Assembly: GCA_018223105.1 (NCBI GenBank)
Contig: JAAEYY010000006.1
Coordinates: 72,806 to 136,805, forward strand
Direction of reading: 5' to 3'
From: a bacterium
Lineage (GTDB): Bacteria > Bacteroidota > Bacteroidia > NS11-12g > UBA9320
Length of the DNA: 64,000 bases
A model generated the notes under the pieces. It did not search any database. It had not been told where the DNA came from and saw nothing but the letters and a program-made list of their open reading frames with translations. Both the position numbers and the translations under genes were made by a program. Of the stretch, positions 31,118 to 40,726 are shown one piece after another; the first letter of the stretch is position 1, and every line of letters starts with the position of its first letter.

Positions 31118-31483
31118 CTAAATTTTATAGATATCCGTGGGATTGTCGAGGATAATGGCCTTATTTCCGCGCACCGCTATAGGGCTTCTAACCAGATGCG
31201 GATTATTCATGAGTAAATAGACCCAATCTCGCTCCTCAAAATCCCGTCCTCTAATATTAGCTTGGTAATAGGGAAGGCTTTTATCTAGCAATTCCTTTGG
31301 CGACTTATTCAACTTACTTAGGATACTGTGCCAGATGGTTCCTGTGCCTTTCGTCTTTTGAATATCAAAGGCGTTTACATTGGATGAAATACTTCGGGCG
31401 TATGCCAGCGCCTTCTTAGCTTTTGAACATTCAGGATTGTAATAGATCTGAATTTCGGCAGTGGATGTGATGGTTTTATGCAT
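31118..31483 (-). CDS. ArsC/Spx-like thioredoxin-fold protein (arsenate reductase family)
   Basis: IYYNPECSKAKKA and NPHLVRSPIAV motifs. Confidence 0.82.
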   Translation of the reverse strand: MHKTITSTAEIQIYYNPECSKAKKALAYARSISSNVNAFDIQKTKGTGTIWHSILSKLNKSPKELLDKSLPYYQANIRGRDFEERDWVYLLMNNPHLVRSPIAVRGNKAIILDNPTDIYKI

Positions 31484-31648
31484 GAGCGTCTAGTTTTAGT
31501 CCTTATTAAGGTAATATACTGCTGGGAAAATTCAAAGTGGCTCTGTATAAGTAACTGATAAATAGCGTTCCAAATTTTCCACCATTTGTCAATTAGGAGC
31601 AATATTCAGTGAGTTGAGGGGCGGATTTAAATCTGAGCTTAACTTCCT

Positions 31649-32310
31649 TTGAAAACGCTCCACTTCCGAAAAATGATATCTGTACTTATATTATTTGTAG
31701 TCATTATGCAACTGCCTAAGACAATATAGCTCAAGATACTCTATTAGAAGCAGGCATTATTCTCTATGCCACCTCTGTCCAGAAGTATTTTATAGACAAT
31801 AGCTATTTATCAGAAAATATATCTACTGAGACCTTTACAGTAGGGGCTTTTCTTAAGTTTAATGCTGGACTGTGGGCCATGCGATTTGGTGTGAGATTTG
31901 ATGAGATTAGCTACGTAAATACACAATCTAATCCGGAGGTAAAACTATTTTTTAGCTCATAACAACTCACCTTTGGTGGCCAAAACCTATTCAATGTTGG
32001 AAAGATTATGCCTATGCTTGCGCTTGACATTAGCTACAGCGAAAGTAGAATTGATGGCAATATGTTATCTAATCGTATAGCTGATTTCGAGTACTTGGAT
32101 ATAAACGCTCGATTCGGATATTTTGGCGGAATCTTCTAAACAGGAGTGCGATTTCATATGACGAGTCTCCTAACCTTAACCTAAGAGACTGCTTTGCACT
32201 TACATTATCATAAATACAGAAATTATGAATTTGCAGCCAAGATAAAACCTTTGTTCATTTCGAATTCACCAATACAAACCTTCGGTTTGAGTTATAGGAT
32301 TGATGTGTGA
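31649..32310 (+). pseudogene. Degraded exported/outer membrane beta-barrel protein gene
   Basis: Signal peptide MKTLHFRKMISVLILFVVIMQLPKTI, a frameshift at ~31724-31729, then AQDTLLEAG...FGLSYRIDV* with in-frame TAA at 31960, 32137 and 32182. Confidence 0.7.
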
Positions 32311-32862
32311 TTAGTAAATTGAGTCAAATATTCTATAACTAATGTTTATTTGGCCTTGTACTATAGGTGATAGGTTGTAGTAAGTTCTACGTCTTTGAAA
32401 CTCATAGCCAAATGGGATAAGAAAACCTATACTAGGTTCAATTTTCACTCTTGATGTGGTTCTGATCGTATAGTTTATTCGGACTTCGGGTTCGAATGAG
32501 ACATAAGTTGAACGGAAATTAATTCCCCATGAATATAGATCTTCCTTAATTAAATTGAACGAGAGATTTGCGGAGACTGACAAATTGTTATTTCGTGATG
32601 CTTCTTTGAAGTAGATTCGCCGCTCTAACATACTTCCTATTTTTATAGCATGATTGTTTTGATATTCTAGAGGTACGACCCAACCTGTATTGAATGAAAG
32701 TATCGTACTTACAAAGCTGTTGTTTTGATGTTCAAAGAACAACCCGAAGGATCCAACAAAGGAGATTGGATGATGTAGATCTAAGCTTGGAGGACCATGT
32801 ACAACGGACGCTTGTGTCTTCGATGAATAAACAACCAAAACTAAGAGTAGAATCTTTTTCAC
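32311..32862 (-). CDS. Hypothetical exported beta-barrel-like protein
   Basis: Probable GTG start at 32862 (MKKILLLVLVVYSSKTQA). Amphipathic strands; C-terminus QINISYRIF. Confidence 0.6.
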   Translation of the reverse strand: MKKILLLVLVVYSSKTQASVVHGPPSLDLHHPISFVGSFGLFFEHQNNSFVSTILSFNTGWVVPLEYQNNHAIKIGSMLERRIYFKEASRNNNLSVSANLSFNLIKEDLYSWGINFRSTYVSFEPEVRINYTIRTTSRVKIEPSIGFLIPFGYEFQRRRTYYNLSPIVQGQINISYRIFDSIY

Positions 32863-33007
32863 AGAATAGGCATTATCAGTTAAAATTAGCAAAATAATTA
32901 CTGTAAACCACTAAAGATTGAAATAGATAACACTTTCTTAATAATGAAAAACTTAAACAAAATATTTCTACAAATACTAAAATCATATTTCCAATCTACT
33001 TTCTTCC

Positions 33008-33015
33008 TATTTTTG
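33008..33015 (+). promoter_or_regulatory. Sigma-A -7 box for the cytochrome c gene
   Basis: TATTTTTG, 20 nt before the ATG. Confidence 0.6.
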
Positions 33016-33035
33016 CTCTAGCAACCAAATAATCA

Positions 33036-33389
33036 ATGAAATACTTATATATCCTAATTCTAGCTCTGTTTCTAAGCGCGTGTTTCGGAGCGAAAACAAC
33101 ATCTAACCTGAGTCAAACAGATGTAGACCGTATGCAAGACAAGTACCCGGGCTATACATTGGAACAACTTCAAAAAGGCCATACCCTTTACACTGAACAT
33201 TGCGGTAACTGTCACGGACTTAAAGACCCAAAATCTGAACCCTTAGAAGAATGGGAAGAAATCGTTCCTGAAATGGCGGAGAAAATTGAAAAGAAAAAGG
33301 GATATACACTTTCACAAGATCAGCAAGATCTTATTTTGAAATATGTTATCACCATGGCTACTGCTGAGGAAGAGCAGAGTGAAGAATAA
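33036..33389 (+). CDS. Monoheme cytochrome c lipoprotein
   Basis: Lipobox LSAC, heme motif CGNCH, candidate distal Met in IVPEMAEK. Confidence 0.85.
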   Translation: MKYLYILILALFLSACFGAKTTSNLSQTDVDRMQDKYPGYTLEQLQKGHTLYTEHCGNCHGLKDPKSEPLEEWEEIVPEMAEKIEKKKGYTLSQDQQDLILKYVITMATAEEEQSEE

Positions 33390-33413
33390 AAAAGGCCATG
33401 CTTTCACACGGCC
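33380..33413 (+). repeat. Left direct repeat (cytochrome c 3' end plus terminator hairpin)
   Basis: TGAAGAATAAAAAAGGCCATGCTTTCACACGGCC, nearly identical to 34841-34875. Confidence 0.9.
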
Positions 33414-33447
33414 CTTGGGTTTTAATCTTTCTTTAATCTACGGGACT

Positions 33448-34629
33448 CTAATACCTATATAATGCGTTTGCTTTAGCGCTATCTATCGGCATATATTTTT
33501 TCTCTAAAAGGTAAACATCACCACCTGTATTCAAAACCTTCATGGCCAGAAGGTTTAATAAGGATACGTTGGGAGCTTCATGTTTCTCGTCCACACGTAA
33601 TTCTTGATTCTTAGGATCATAGACTCCAAAGACATCAGCTTTGTTTTCCAAGAATAGGGTATCGATTCTACCTGCAAAAGCAGCCGGTAAGATGTCATTA
33701 AGGTTTGCAGACGCTTTTCCGGTTCCAATCAATTCTGAGAATTGTTTCAGCTTTTTTGTTCTCTTCTCATCAAAGTAAGGTTGGACTAAATTCCATGCTT
33801 CTTCATGGAGCATTAAACTGTCTTTATCTGCCGGATTTCCAGAGATATGTTTTGAGAACACATTGCCATAAGAGCTGATCTCTTTATAAATTGGATAATA
33901 ATAGTCTAACGATGCAATAATTAAAGGTGTTTGTTGTTTGTCATGCAATAGATTTAAGATTCCGTTGTCTATGGCTCTGAAGTAACGCTCAAGTTCCTTT
34001 TTTTCTGTGCTTTCGGTGTCTTCCTGACCATGAAAAGTTCCAACACCTTGATTTCCTTGCTGTGTCCTAAATTGAACGCCTTTGTCTTCGTAGTCATAGC
34101 CTACACGGTCCTCTAATTGCCCCGGAATAAGGTCATCGATATTAATTTCAGTGATTTGATGTCTACTGCCTTCAAAGAACTTCACATCGTCCTTTTGTAA
34201 GGTTAAAAGATAGAACAATCCGTCACCATTGAAAAGTGGAATCAACGGTTTTAAGTAGAACTCGTTTGATAGGTAATTATAGGCTTCGAAATGAACAGGT
34301 ACAGTATGCATCTGAAATAGTTCTTCTGATAAGAAAATGGCTAAGCCATCGGATTGATATCTCCAGAATGTGCTGTCTTCAATTAATTCAGATATTGGTT
34401 TGGTGAAGGATTCAATTTCATCATCACTCATACCTTGATCTGATAATTTCGTCCTGATTGACTTTAGTTGATTCTTCAGGTTTATTGCATCTTTTCCTTC
34501 CATAGTCTCAGCTCCGGATCGATGGGTAGGTATAAAGATCGACACACAGAAACTACTGTGATGGTCTGATAATTTCAGTACTTCATTCTTTGTAAGGATT
34601 TCTTTGTTGTATTGACTTGTTCTATTCAT
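33448..34629 (-). CDS. Bacterial archaeo-eukaryotic release factor-like protein (baeRF3/baeRF7-type; Balon-like candidate)
   Basis: CVSIFIPTHR, DGLAIF, FYLKPLIP, FHGQ loop, ISGNP, AFAGRIDTL, VLNTGGDVY, ALYRY. ATG 34629 has an A-rich leader; 34662 is an alternative start. Confidence 0.8.
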   Translation of the reverse strand: MNRTSQYNKEILTKNEVLKLSDHHSSFCVSIFIPTHRSGAETMEGKDAINLKNQLKSIRTKLSDQGMSDDEIESFTKPISELIEDSTFWRYQSDGLAIFLSEELFQMHTVPVHFEAYNYLSNEFYLKPLIPLFNGDGLFYLLTLQKDDVKFFEGSRHQITEINIDDLIPGQLEDRVGYDYEDKGVQFRTQQGNQGVGTFHGQEDTESTEKKELERYFRAIDNGILNLLHDKQQTPLIIASLDYYYPIYKEISSYGNVFSKHISGNPADKDSLMLHEEAWNLVQPYFDEKRTKKLKQFSELIGTGKASANLNDILPAAFAGRIDTLFLENKADVFGVYDPKNQELRVDEKHEAPNVSLLNLLAMKVLNTGGDVYLLEKKYMPIDSAKANALYRY

Positions 34630-34840
34630 AATGTTTTTTTCAGTTTTAGATGAGTTGTACATAGCCAGATATATTTCAAGAAGAACTTTTATCGATCTTC
34701 CATTGTTGGTTGAAGGCTGTTAAACTAGTACAGCTGATATCCTTATAAGATACAAAAAAAAGCGCGTAAAGCCAAGTGTTTCCGACCTTCGTTTGCAGGT
34801 TTGACTCCATTAATGAAGTATACATTCTTCTTACTTGTAA

Positions 34841-34879
34841 TGAAGAATAAAAAAAGGCCATGCTTTCGCACGGCCTTTT
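34841..34879. repeat. Right direct repeat; bidirectional terminator hairpin that also serves the M42 peptidase gene
   Basis: TGAAGAATAAAAAAAGGCCATGCTTTCGCACGGCC followed by TTTT. Stem AAAAGGCC/GGCCTTTT. Confidence 0.9.
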
Positions 34880-34901
34880 AATTTCTAGTTTCCTGTCTTT
34901 C

Positions 34902-35972
34902 TTATTTAAAGTATCTGAAATCGTGATCTGCTTTTAACTGAATCACAAATTCATACATCAATTTAATAACGCTTTCTATGTCGTCATAAGCTACTGTTTC
35001 AACCGTAGTATGCATGTACTTCAATGGTAAGGAGATTAATGCAGAGGCTACTCCAATATCGCTGTATGCAAAAGCATCGGTATCAGTTCCTGTAGATCTG
35101 CTTGCTGCCATTCTTTGGAATGGAATCTTCTTCTTCGTGGCAACATCAATCACCATCTTCAAAAGATTGTTCTGAACAGCAGGCCCTGTAGTAATACAAG
35201 CACCACCGCCACATTTCGTGTCGCCTTGCTCTTTCTTGTTATACATAGGAGAGTGGGTGTCATGACAAACGTCGGTAACAATAGCCACATTAGGCTTTAT
35301 ACGACGTGAAATCATTTCTGCACCTCTTAATCCAATCTCTTCTTGAACGGCATTGACGATGTATAGACTAAAAGGAAGTTTTTTCTTGTTCTCGTGAAGC
35401 ATGCGTGCTACTTCGGCAATCATAAAACCACCTGCACGGTTATCTAATGCTCTTCCAACCACATATTTCTTGTTGAGTTCCATTACATCAGCATCAAAAG
35501 TGACAACCGTTCCTACATGGATGCCCATTTTCTCAACTTCTTCTTTAGAATCAGCTCCAACATCAATGCTTAAATTTGATAAACTTGGTTGAGGTTCTTT
35601 AGAACGATCTCTAACGTGAATAGCAGGCCATCCGAAAACGCCATCTACCATTCCTTTGTCTGTATGGAGTTTAACCCTCATAGATGGTGCAATCTGATGA
35701 TCACTTCCACCGTTTCGGATAACGTAGATGTATCCTTTATCATCGATGTAGTTCACAAACCAAGCAATTTCGTCGGCATGAGCCTCTAAAACCACTTTGT
35801 ACTCTTTCCCTGGATTAATAACACCCATGGTTGATCCGTAAACATCCACCTCATACTCATCAATATAAGGCTTTAAGTACTCCAACCACAATTGCTGTCC
35901 TGGAGTTTCAAATCCGGTTGGCGAATTGTTGTTTAAATATGCATGTAAAAATTTCTTGCTTGCTTTTCTCAT
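34902..35972 (-). CDS. M42 family metallo-aminopeptidase
   Basis: AHADE, ALDNRAG, VQEEIGLRGA, TGTDTD, YMHT motifs. Confidence 0.95.
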   Translation of the reverse strand: MRKASKKFLHAYLNNNSPTGFETPGQQLWLEYLKPYIDEYEVDVYGSTMGVINPGKEYKVVLEAHADEIAWFVNYIDDKGYIYVIRNGGSDHQIAPSMRVKLHTDKGMVDGVFGWPAIHVRDRSKEPQPSLSNLSIDVGADSKEEVEKMGIHVGTVVTFDADVMELNKKYVVGRALDNRAGGFMIAEVARMLHENKKKLPFSLYIVNAVQEEIGLRGAEMISRRIKPNVAIVTDVCHDTHSPMYNKKEQGDTKCGGGACITTGPAVQNNLLKMVIDVATKKKIPFQRMAASRSTGTDTDAFAYSDIGVASALISLPLKYMHTTVETVAYDDIESVIKLMYEFVIQLKADHDFRYFK

Positions 35973-35995
35973 AATCAGTATTTCCTAATTTGGTT

Positions 35996-36003
35996 CAAAA
36001 TTA
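35996..36003 (-). promoter_or_regulatory. Sigma-A -7 box for the M42 peptidase gene
   Basis: TAATTTTG on the minus strand. Confidence 0.6.
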
Positions 36004-36016
36004 TCTTTTTGAATGA

Positions 36017-39000
36017 TTAATCACGGTCTTTGGCTGTTTCACTTTCCACAGATCCTTTTTGAGGACCCAAATCGTCGTAGGCCATTTCAAGATCTTCAAA
36101 AGTTTTAGGTTCAGTTTTCGATTCGCCTCGAACTATTCTTTTAGTCCAGGCAGTCAATTGATCACTTAGATAATACATCACCGGAACAATTACAAGTGTC
36201 ATGAAGGTAGCGAAGATTAATCCGAAGATTACCGTCCAAGCCATAGGACCCCAGAATGAAGCATTATCACCTCCAACATAAAACTGTGCATCAAATTTTG
36301 TGAGTAAGGTGTAGAAGTTCACATTCATTCCTATCGCCAAAGGCACCAGACCTAGTACCGTTGTGATTGCAGTAAGTAAAACCGGTCTCAATCGGGTTCT
36401 ACCACCGTCGATGATGCTATTCAATACATCTTGCTCCGGAAGTCGATCACCCGGCTTTAAACCGAGTTCAACACGTTTTCTTTTTCTCAAGAGATTGGTA
36501 TAGTCTATCAATACAATCGCATTGTTTACAACAACCCCTGCCAGTGAGATAATTCCAATACCACTCATCATGATAGAGAACGGCATTCCGGTGATACCAA
36601 ATCCGAGGAATACTCCGATGGTACTAAAGAGTACAGAGAACATAATAATCAATGGACCTACTACCGAGTTAAACTGGGTTACAATAATCAAGAAGATGAT
36701 AAAAACTGCGAGAAGCATAGCACCCGCTAAGAACTCTGTTGAAGCAGTTTGCTCCTCTTGCTCACCTGTGAACTTAAACTCATATCCGGGCTTGGTTTCG
36801 TGGTCTGCTAAAACTTCTTTGAATTTTGCCACAATCTCATTTGCGTTAGCACCTTCTTCTACTTCAGAATAAATTGAGATTACACGATCCATATCTTTTC
36901 GTTTAACCGTACCGTAGGTAGAGTTGTAGTCAATATTGGTTACTGCTGAAATAGGTACCTGAGAAATCTGACCGGTAGCCATGTTTCTGAACGTGATGAC
37001 TGTGTTGAGGAGGTTTCCTAAATTGTATCGATAATCTTCTTTAAATCGAAGTTGAATCTCATAATCATCCTCACCTTCTTTATATTTTCCAATCTCCTTA
37101 CCTAACAATGCAGTTCTCAAAGTACTCGCAATTTGAACGGTACTCAAACCAAATCTTCGGGCAGCTTCTCGGTTGATGGTAATCTCCAACATGGGTTTAC
37201 CTAACTCAAGATCCGTCTTTAATTGGTCAACACCCGCAATATCGGCGTCCTCCATTTTCTGTTTAATTTTCTCGACCTCGTCGATCAAGGTAAGGTAATC
37301 TTCACCTTTCACTTCAACATTAATCGGTTTTCCTACAGGAGGTCCTACAGCATCCTTGCTAAAGGTAAGTCTAGCTTCCGGGAAATCTTTACATGCATTT
37401 TTTATTTCCTGCATGATGATGGAAGTAGATACATTATCTTCAATAAAAACCCTATCGCTGTACTCGAGGAAGGAAACAGTAATACGCGCTTTATGTGGAG
37501 AAGAACCATTCTGTGGACCTTCGTTTGGATCTGAAGTTTTCTCACCAACTTGGGCTAACATAGCTTCCACTAAGGTGTCATATGGCTGAATAGCGGCATC
37601 TATGCGCTCTTCTAATTTCTTCGTGATCTTATCTGTTTTATAGATATCCGTTCCTAATGGCGCTTCAACAAAAATGTTAACGTACTTCGGCTCATTATCA
37701 GGAAAGAACACAATCTTAGGGTTGCTCATTCCGAAGAACATCAATGAAAAAATCATTAAAAGTATAGTACCTACGAAGAAAACAATGGGACGACGCTTGC
37801 TTAATGCAAACCTTGCAAAATTGGCATAACCATTCTCTAGTTTCGGCATGAGGTTCTCCATGAAGTAATCTCCGCCTGGTGATAAAACATATCTGCTCAA
37901 CAACGAGAAGAAAATCCCGGCAAAAAAGAGTCCACCAATCACTTTAAAGGTAGGAGTGAAGAAAAACAGCATTCCCACAATAAACATGATTGCAATCCTC
38001 AACCAGAATCTATTGCCTTTACTTACTTTATTCTTTCCTACCTTCATTAGGTCAGCGGTAAGCACCGGATTCACAACCAATGCCACAAAGAGAGAACTCG
38101 ACAGCACAATTATTAAGGTGATTGGCAGGTACTTCATGAACTCACCCATAAGGTCTTTCCAAAACAAGAGTGGAACAAATGCTGCTACGGTAGTTGCAGT
38201 AGATGAGATGATAGCTGATGCTACTTCACCAGTTCCTTGTTTAGAAGATTCTTCCGCATCAAGTCCAACTTCACCCCGCAATCGGTAGATGTTTTCAACG
38301 ACCACAATTCCATTATCCACCAGCATACCTAGAGCCAGGATCAAAGAGAAAAGTACCATCATGTTGAGGGTAGTTCCTGCAAAATGCAAGATTGCAATAC
38401 CCATAAGCATGGATAGAGGAATAGCAATACCTACGAACATCGAGTTTCTTACACCCAAGAAGAAAATGAGAACGATAACCACGAGAATTACCCCCATAAT
38501 TATACTGTTCTCCAAGTTATCTACCATCATCGTGGTAAACTTCGACTGGTCATTCGTAACTACTATTTCCAGATCTTTTGGAAATACATCTGCTTCAGCT
38601 TTTTTGATTATGCTTTGAATTCCGGCTGCGGCGTCCAATAGGTTTCCACCACTTTTTTTCTTTACATCCAGAGTAACAACGGGGCGCTGATTTAATCTCG
38701 CGAAACTGGTGGGTTCTTTCTGTCCGAAATGAACTTCGCCAATATCTCTTAGGTATACAATGTTCTGGAACTCATTTTTAATAATGACATTCTCAAGTTC
38801 CCTGTAATCATCAAATTCTCCATCAATACGTATCGATCTTCTTGTGATATCTGAGCCTTCTACACTCTTAATGTCACCACCACTCATGGTGATGTTTTCT
38901 CCTGAAATGGCTTGCTCTACATCGTTCAATGAAATCTCAAGCGCTTCCATCTTCACACGATCAATGGCAATTTCAACTTCTTCTTCGGTTAAACCGGTAA

Positions 39001-39553
39001 TATCTACTGATGAAACTTCAGGTAAATTCTCAAACTCGTCTTTCAGATACTCTGCATAGTCTTTTAATTTATCCTGAGAGTAATCACCACTTACGTTTAC
39101 GTTCATTACCGGGAACTCAGAAAAGTCGAGCTCCATTACATTAGGATCTGCCGGTAAATCATTCGGTAAATCGGGTTTAGCCCGGTCTACTGCGTCTTTT
39201 ACTTCTTGAAGAACCTCATTTGACGGTAAGTCTAACTCAAACTCTGCTACTATAATCGAAAAATCTTGTATCGAGGTTGATGTGAGTTTCTTAAGGCCAC
39301 TAATAGTGTTGATCTCCTTTTCTATAGGACGCGTAACCAGATTCTCCATATCAATAGGAGAGTTACCCGGGTAAGGAGTGTTTACATATATCGTAGGCTG
39401 TTTTATCTCAGGAAAACTTTCCTTAGGCATGCTACTGTAGCTCGAGAAACCAATGATACTGATGATTACGATCATCACATATACACTGATTCTGTTGTTC
39501 ACAGCCCAAGATGAAAGTTTAAATTCCTTTATTACTTCCTTTATTTTGCTCAT
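36017..39553 (-). CDS. RND efflux transporter permease (AcrB/AcrD/AcrF family)
   Basis: GMLVDNGIVVVENI, GVVVNNAIVLID, RLRPVLLTAITT motifs. 1178 aa. Confidence 0.96.
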   Translation of the reverse strand: MSKIKEVIKEFKLSSWAVNNRISVYVMIVIISIIGFSSYSSMPKESFPEIKQPTIYVNTPYPGNSPIDMENLVTRPIEKEINTISGLKKLTSTSIQDFSIIVAEFELDLPSNEVLQEVKDAVDRAKPDLPNDLPADPNVMELDFSEFPVMNVNVSGDYSQDKLKDYAEYLKDEFENLPEVSSVDITGLTEEEVEIAIDRVKMEALEISLNDVEQAISGENITMSGGDIKSVEGSDITRRSIRIDGEFDDYRELENVIIKNEFQNIVYLRDIGEVHFGQKEPTSFARLNQRPVVTLDVKKKSGGNLLDAAAGIQSIIKKAEADVFPKDLEIVVTNDQSKFTTMMVDNLENSIIMGVILVVIVLIFFLGVRNSMFVGIAIPLSMLMGIAILHFAGTTLNMMVLFSLILALGMLVDNGIVVVENIYRLRGEVGLDAEESSKQGTGEVASAIISSTATTVAAFVPLLFWKDLMGEFMKYLPITLIIVLSSSLFVALVVNPVLTADLMKVGKNKVSKGNRFWLRIAIMFIVGMLFFFTPTFKVIGGLFFAGIFFSLLSRYVLSPGGDYFMENLMPKLENGYANFARFALSKRRPIVFFVGTILLMIFSLMFFGMSNPKIVFFPDNEPKYVNIFVEAPLGTDIYKTDKITKKLEERIDAAIQPYDTLVEAMLAQVGEKTSDPNEGPQNGSSPHKARITVSFLEYSDRVFIEDNVSTSIIMQEIKNACKDFPEARLTFSKDAVGPPVGKPINVEVKGEDYLTLIDEVEKIKQKMEDADIAGVDQLKTDLELGKPMLEITINREAARRFGLSTVQIASTLRTALLGKEIGKYKEGEDDYEIQLRFKEDYRYNLGNLLNTVITFRNMATGQISQVPISAVTNIDYNSTYGTVKRKDMDRVISIYSEVEEGANANEIVAKFKEVLADHETKPGYEFKFTGEQEEQTASTEFLAGAMLLAVFIIFLIIVTQFNSVVGPLIIMFSVLFSTIGVFLGFGITGMPFSIMMSGIGIISLAGVVVNNAIVLIDYTNLLRKRKRVELGLKPGDRLPEQDVLNSIIDGGRTRLRPVLLTAITTVLGLVPLAIGMNVNFYTLLTKFDAQFYVGGDNASFWGPMAWTVIFGLIFATFMTLVIVPVMYYLSDQLTAWTKRIVRGESKTEPKTFEDLEMAYDDLGPQKGSVESETAKDRD

Positions 39554-39574
39554 CGCTTTTTGCTTTAGCTATTC

Positions 39575-40708
39575 TTATTCAATAATCTTTACTTCATCGC
39601 CTTCAATTACTGCATTGTAACCTTCGGTGATGATAATATCTTCCGGGTTTAAGCCGGACTTTATGATCGTTTCTGAAGCAAACTCCTCTTGTATTTCTAT
39701 ATATGACTTTTGAACGATTCTCTTTTCGCCCTGACTCTTTAAGGTTAAGATATAATCTCCTTTGGCGTCAGTGTTAATCAATTTAGTTGGAACAGCAATT
39801 ACATTGTCCTCAGCAAAATCGTAAGCTGTAATGATGGCCAATAAGTTTGGCTTCATTTTATCGAGATGAGACGTAGGTTTTACATAAACTGAGAAAGTTC
39901 TGTTATTCACATCAATCACATTTCCAACCGCATCAATTTTCTCCGTAAGTTCCAAATCAAGAGAAGGGAAATAAACTTTTACCTGATCTCCTTTTTTCAT
40001 CTGACCTACATAGCTCTCAGAAACTGATGCTTTGATTTTAATATCTGAAAGATTTACGATTCTAGCTACAGGTCCACCGGTCATGCTACCAACGAGTTCA
40101 CCTTCATTCGCCATAATCTCATCAACAGTTCCATTGATAGGAGAGATGAGTGTGTATTTCCCGAGTTGAGTTCGCGCTGTTTTAATGCTGTTTTGTAGAT
40201 TCTCGTAATTGTTCTTAGCTTGAAGATATTGCATTTCAGAGCCTATGTTCTTCTCCCATAAACTTTTTTGCTTTTCGTAATTGGTTTTAGCCAAGGTTAA
40301 GGCATTCTCCAATTCTGCAATTTGAGATTGAGCAACTGAACCATCAAGGCTAGCAATGGTTTGTCCTTTGCTAACTCGTTGGCCTTCAGAAACATAGATC
40401 TTAACTATTTTTCCCGGCACTTCTGGTGTAATCATCACGTTTTGATCAGATTCTACCAAACCTTGAATTTGGAAAGGGTTTTTAAAGGTACCTTTAGATA
40501 TTGCCTCAGCACGAACAGCAATAGCATTGCTTCTCATGTTAGTGTCTATTGCTGCAATCTCTTCTTTTAAAGTAGCGATAGAATCTTTTAATGCTACAAG
40601 ACGAGCTTCTTGTTCTTTAAGTAAGTTCTTCTTTGCATCAAGTGTGCTCTCTTCTCCGGTGCCACATGCTACTAGAAAGAGAATAAAAACTGGGATTAGG
40701 TATTTCAT
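39575..40708 (-). CDS. RND periplasmic adaptor (membrane fusion protein), lipoprotein
   Basis: Lipobox LVAC, lipoyl motifs VSEGQRVSKGQ and SPINGTV. Confidence 0.93.
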   Translation of the reverse strand: MKYLIPVFILFLVACGTGEESTLDAKKNLLKEQEARLVALKDSIATLKEEIAAIDTNMRSNAIAVRAEAISKGTFKNPFQIQGLVESDQNVMITPEVPGKIVKIYVSEGQRVSKGQTIASLDGSVAQSQIAELENALTLAKTNYEKQKSLWEKNIGSEMQYLQAKNNYENLQNSIKTARTQLGKYTLISPINGTVDEIMANEGELVGSMTGGPVARIVNLSDIKIKASVSESYVGQMKKGDQVKVYFPSLDLELTEKIDAVGNVIDVNNRTFSVYVKPTSHLDKMKPNLLAIITAYDFAEDNVIAVPTKLINTDAKGDYILTLKSQGEKRIVQKSYIEIQEEFASETIIKSGLNPEDIIITEGYNAVIEGDEVKIIE

Positions 40709-40726
40709 TGTTTTGTGTTCGGCTGT

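Noticed and set aside
31649-34629. Programmed TAA read-through of the pseudogene, linked to the nearby release-factor homolog
   Set aside because: TAA is the main stop codon throughout the window, and the gene also has a frameshift. TAA is the expected nonsense outcome in AT-rich DNA, so ordinary decay explains it.
34676-34861. 61 aa ORF inside the repeat-bounded cassette
   Set aside because: Its ATG lies within the terminator hairpin, it spans the baeRF upstream region, and it has no recognisable motif.
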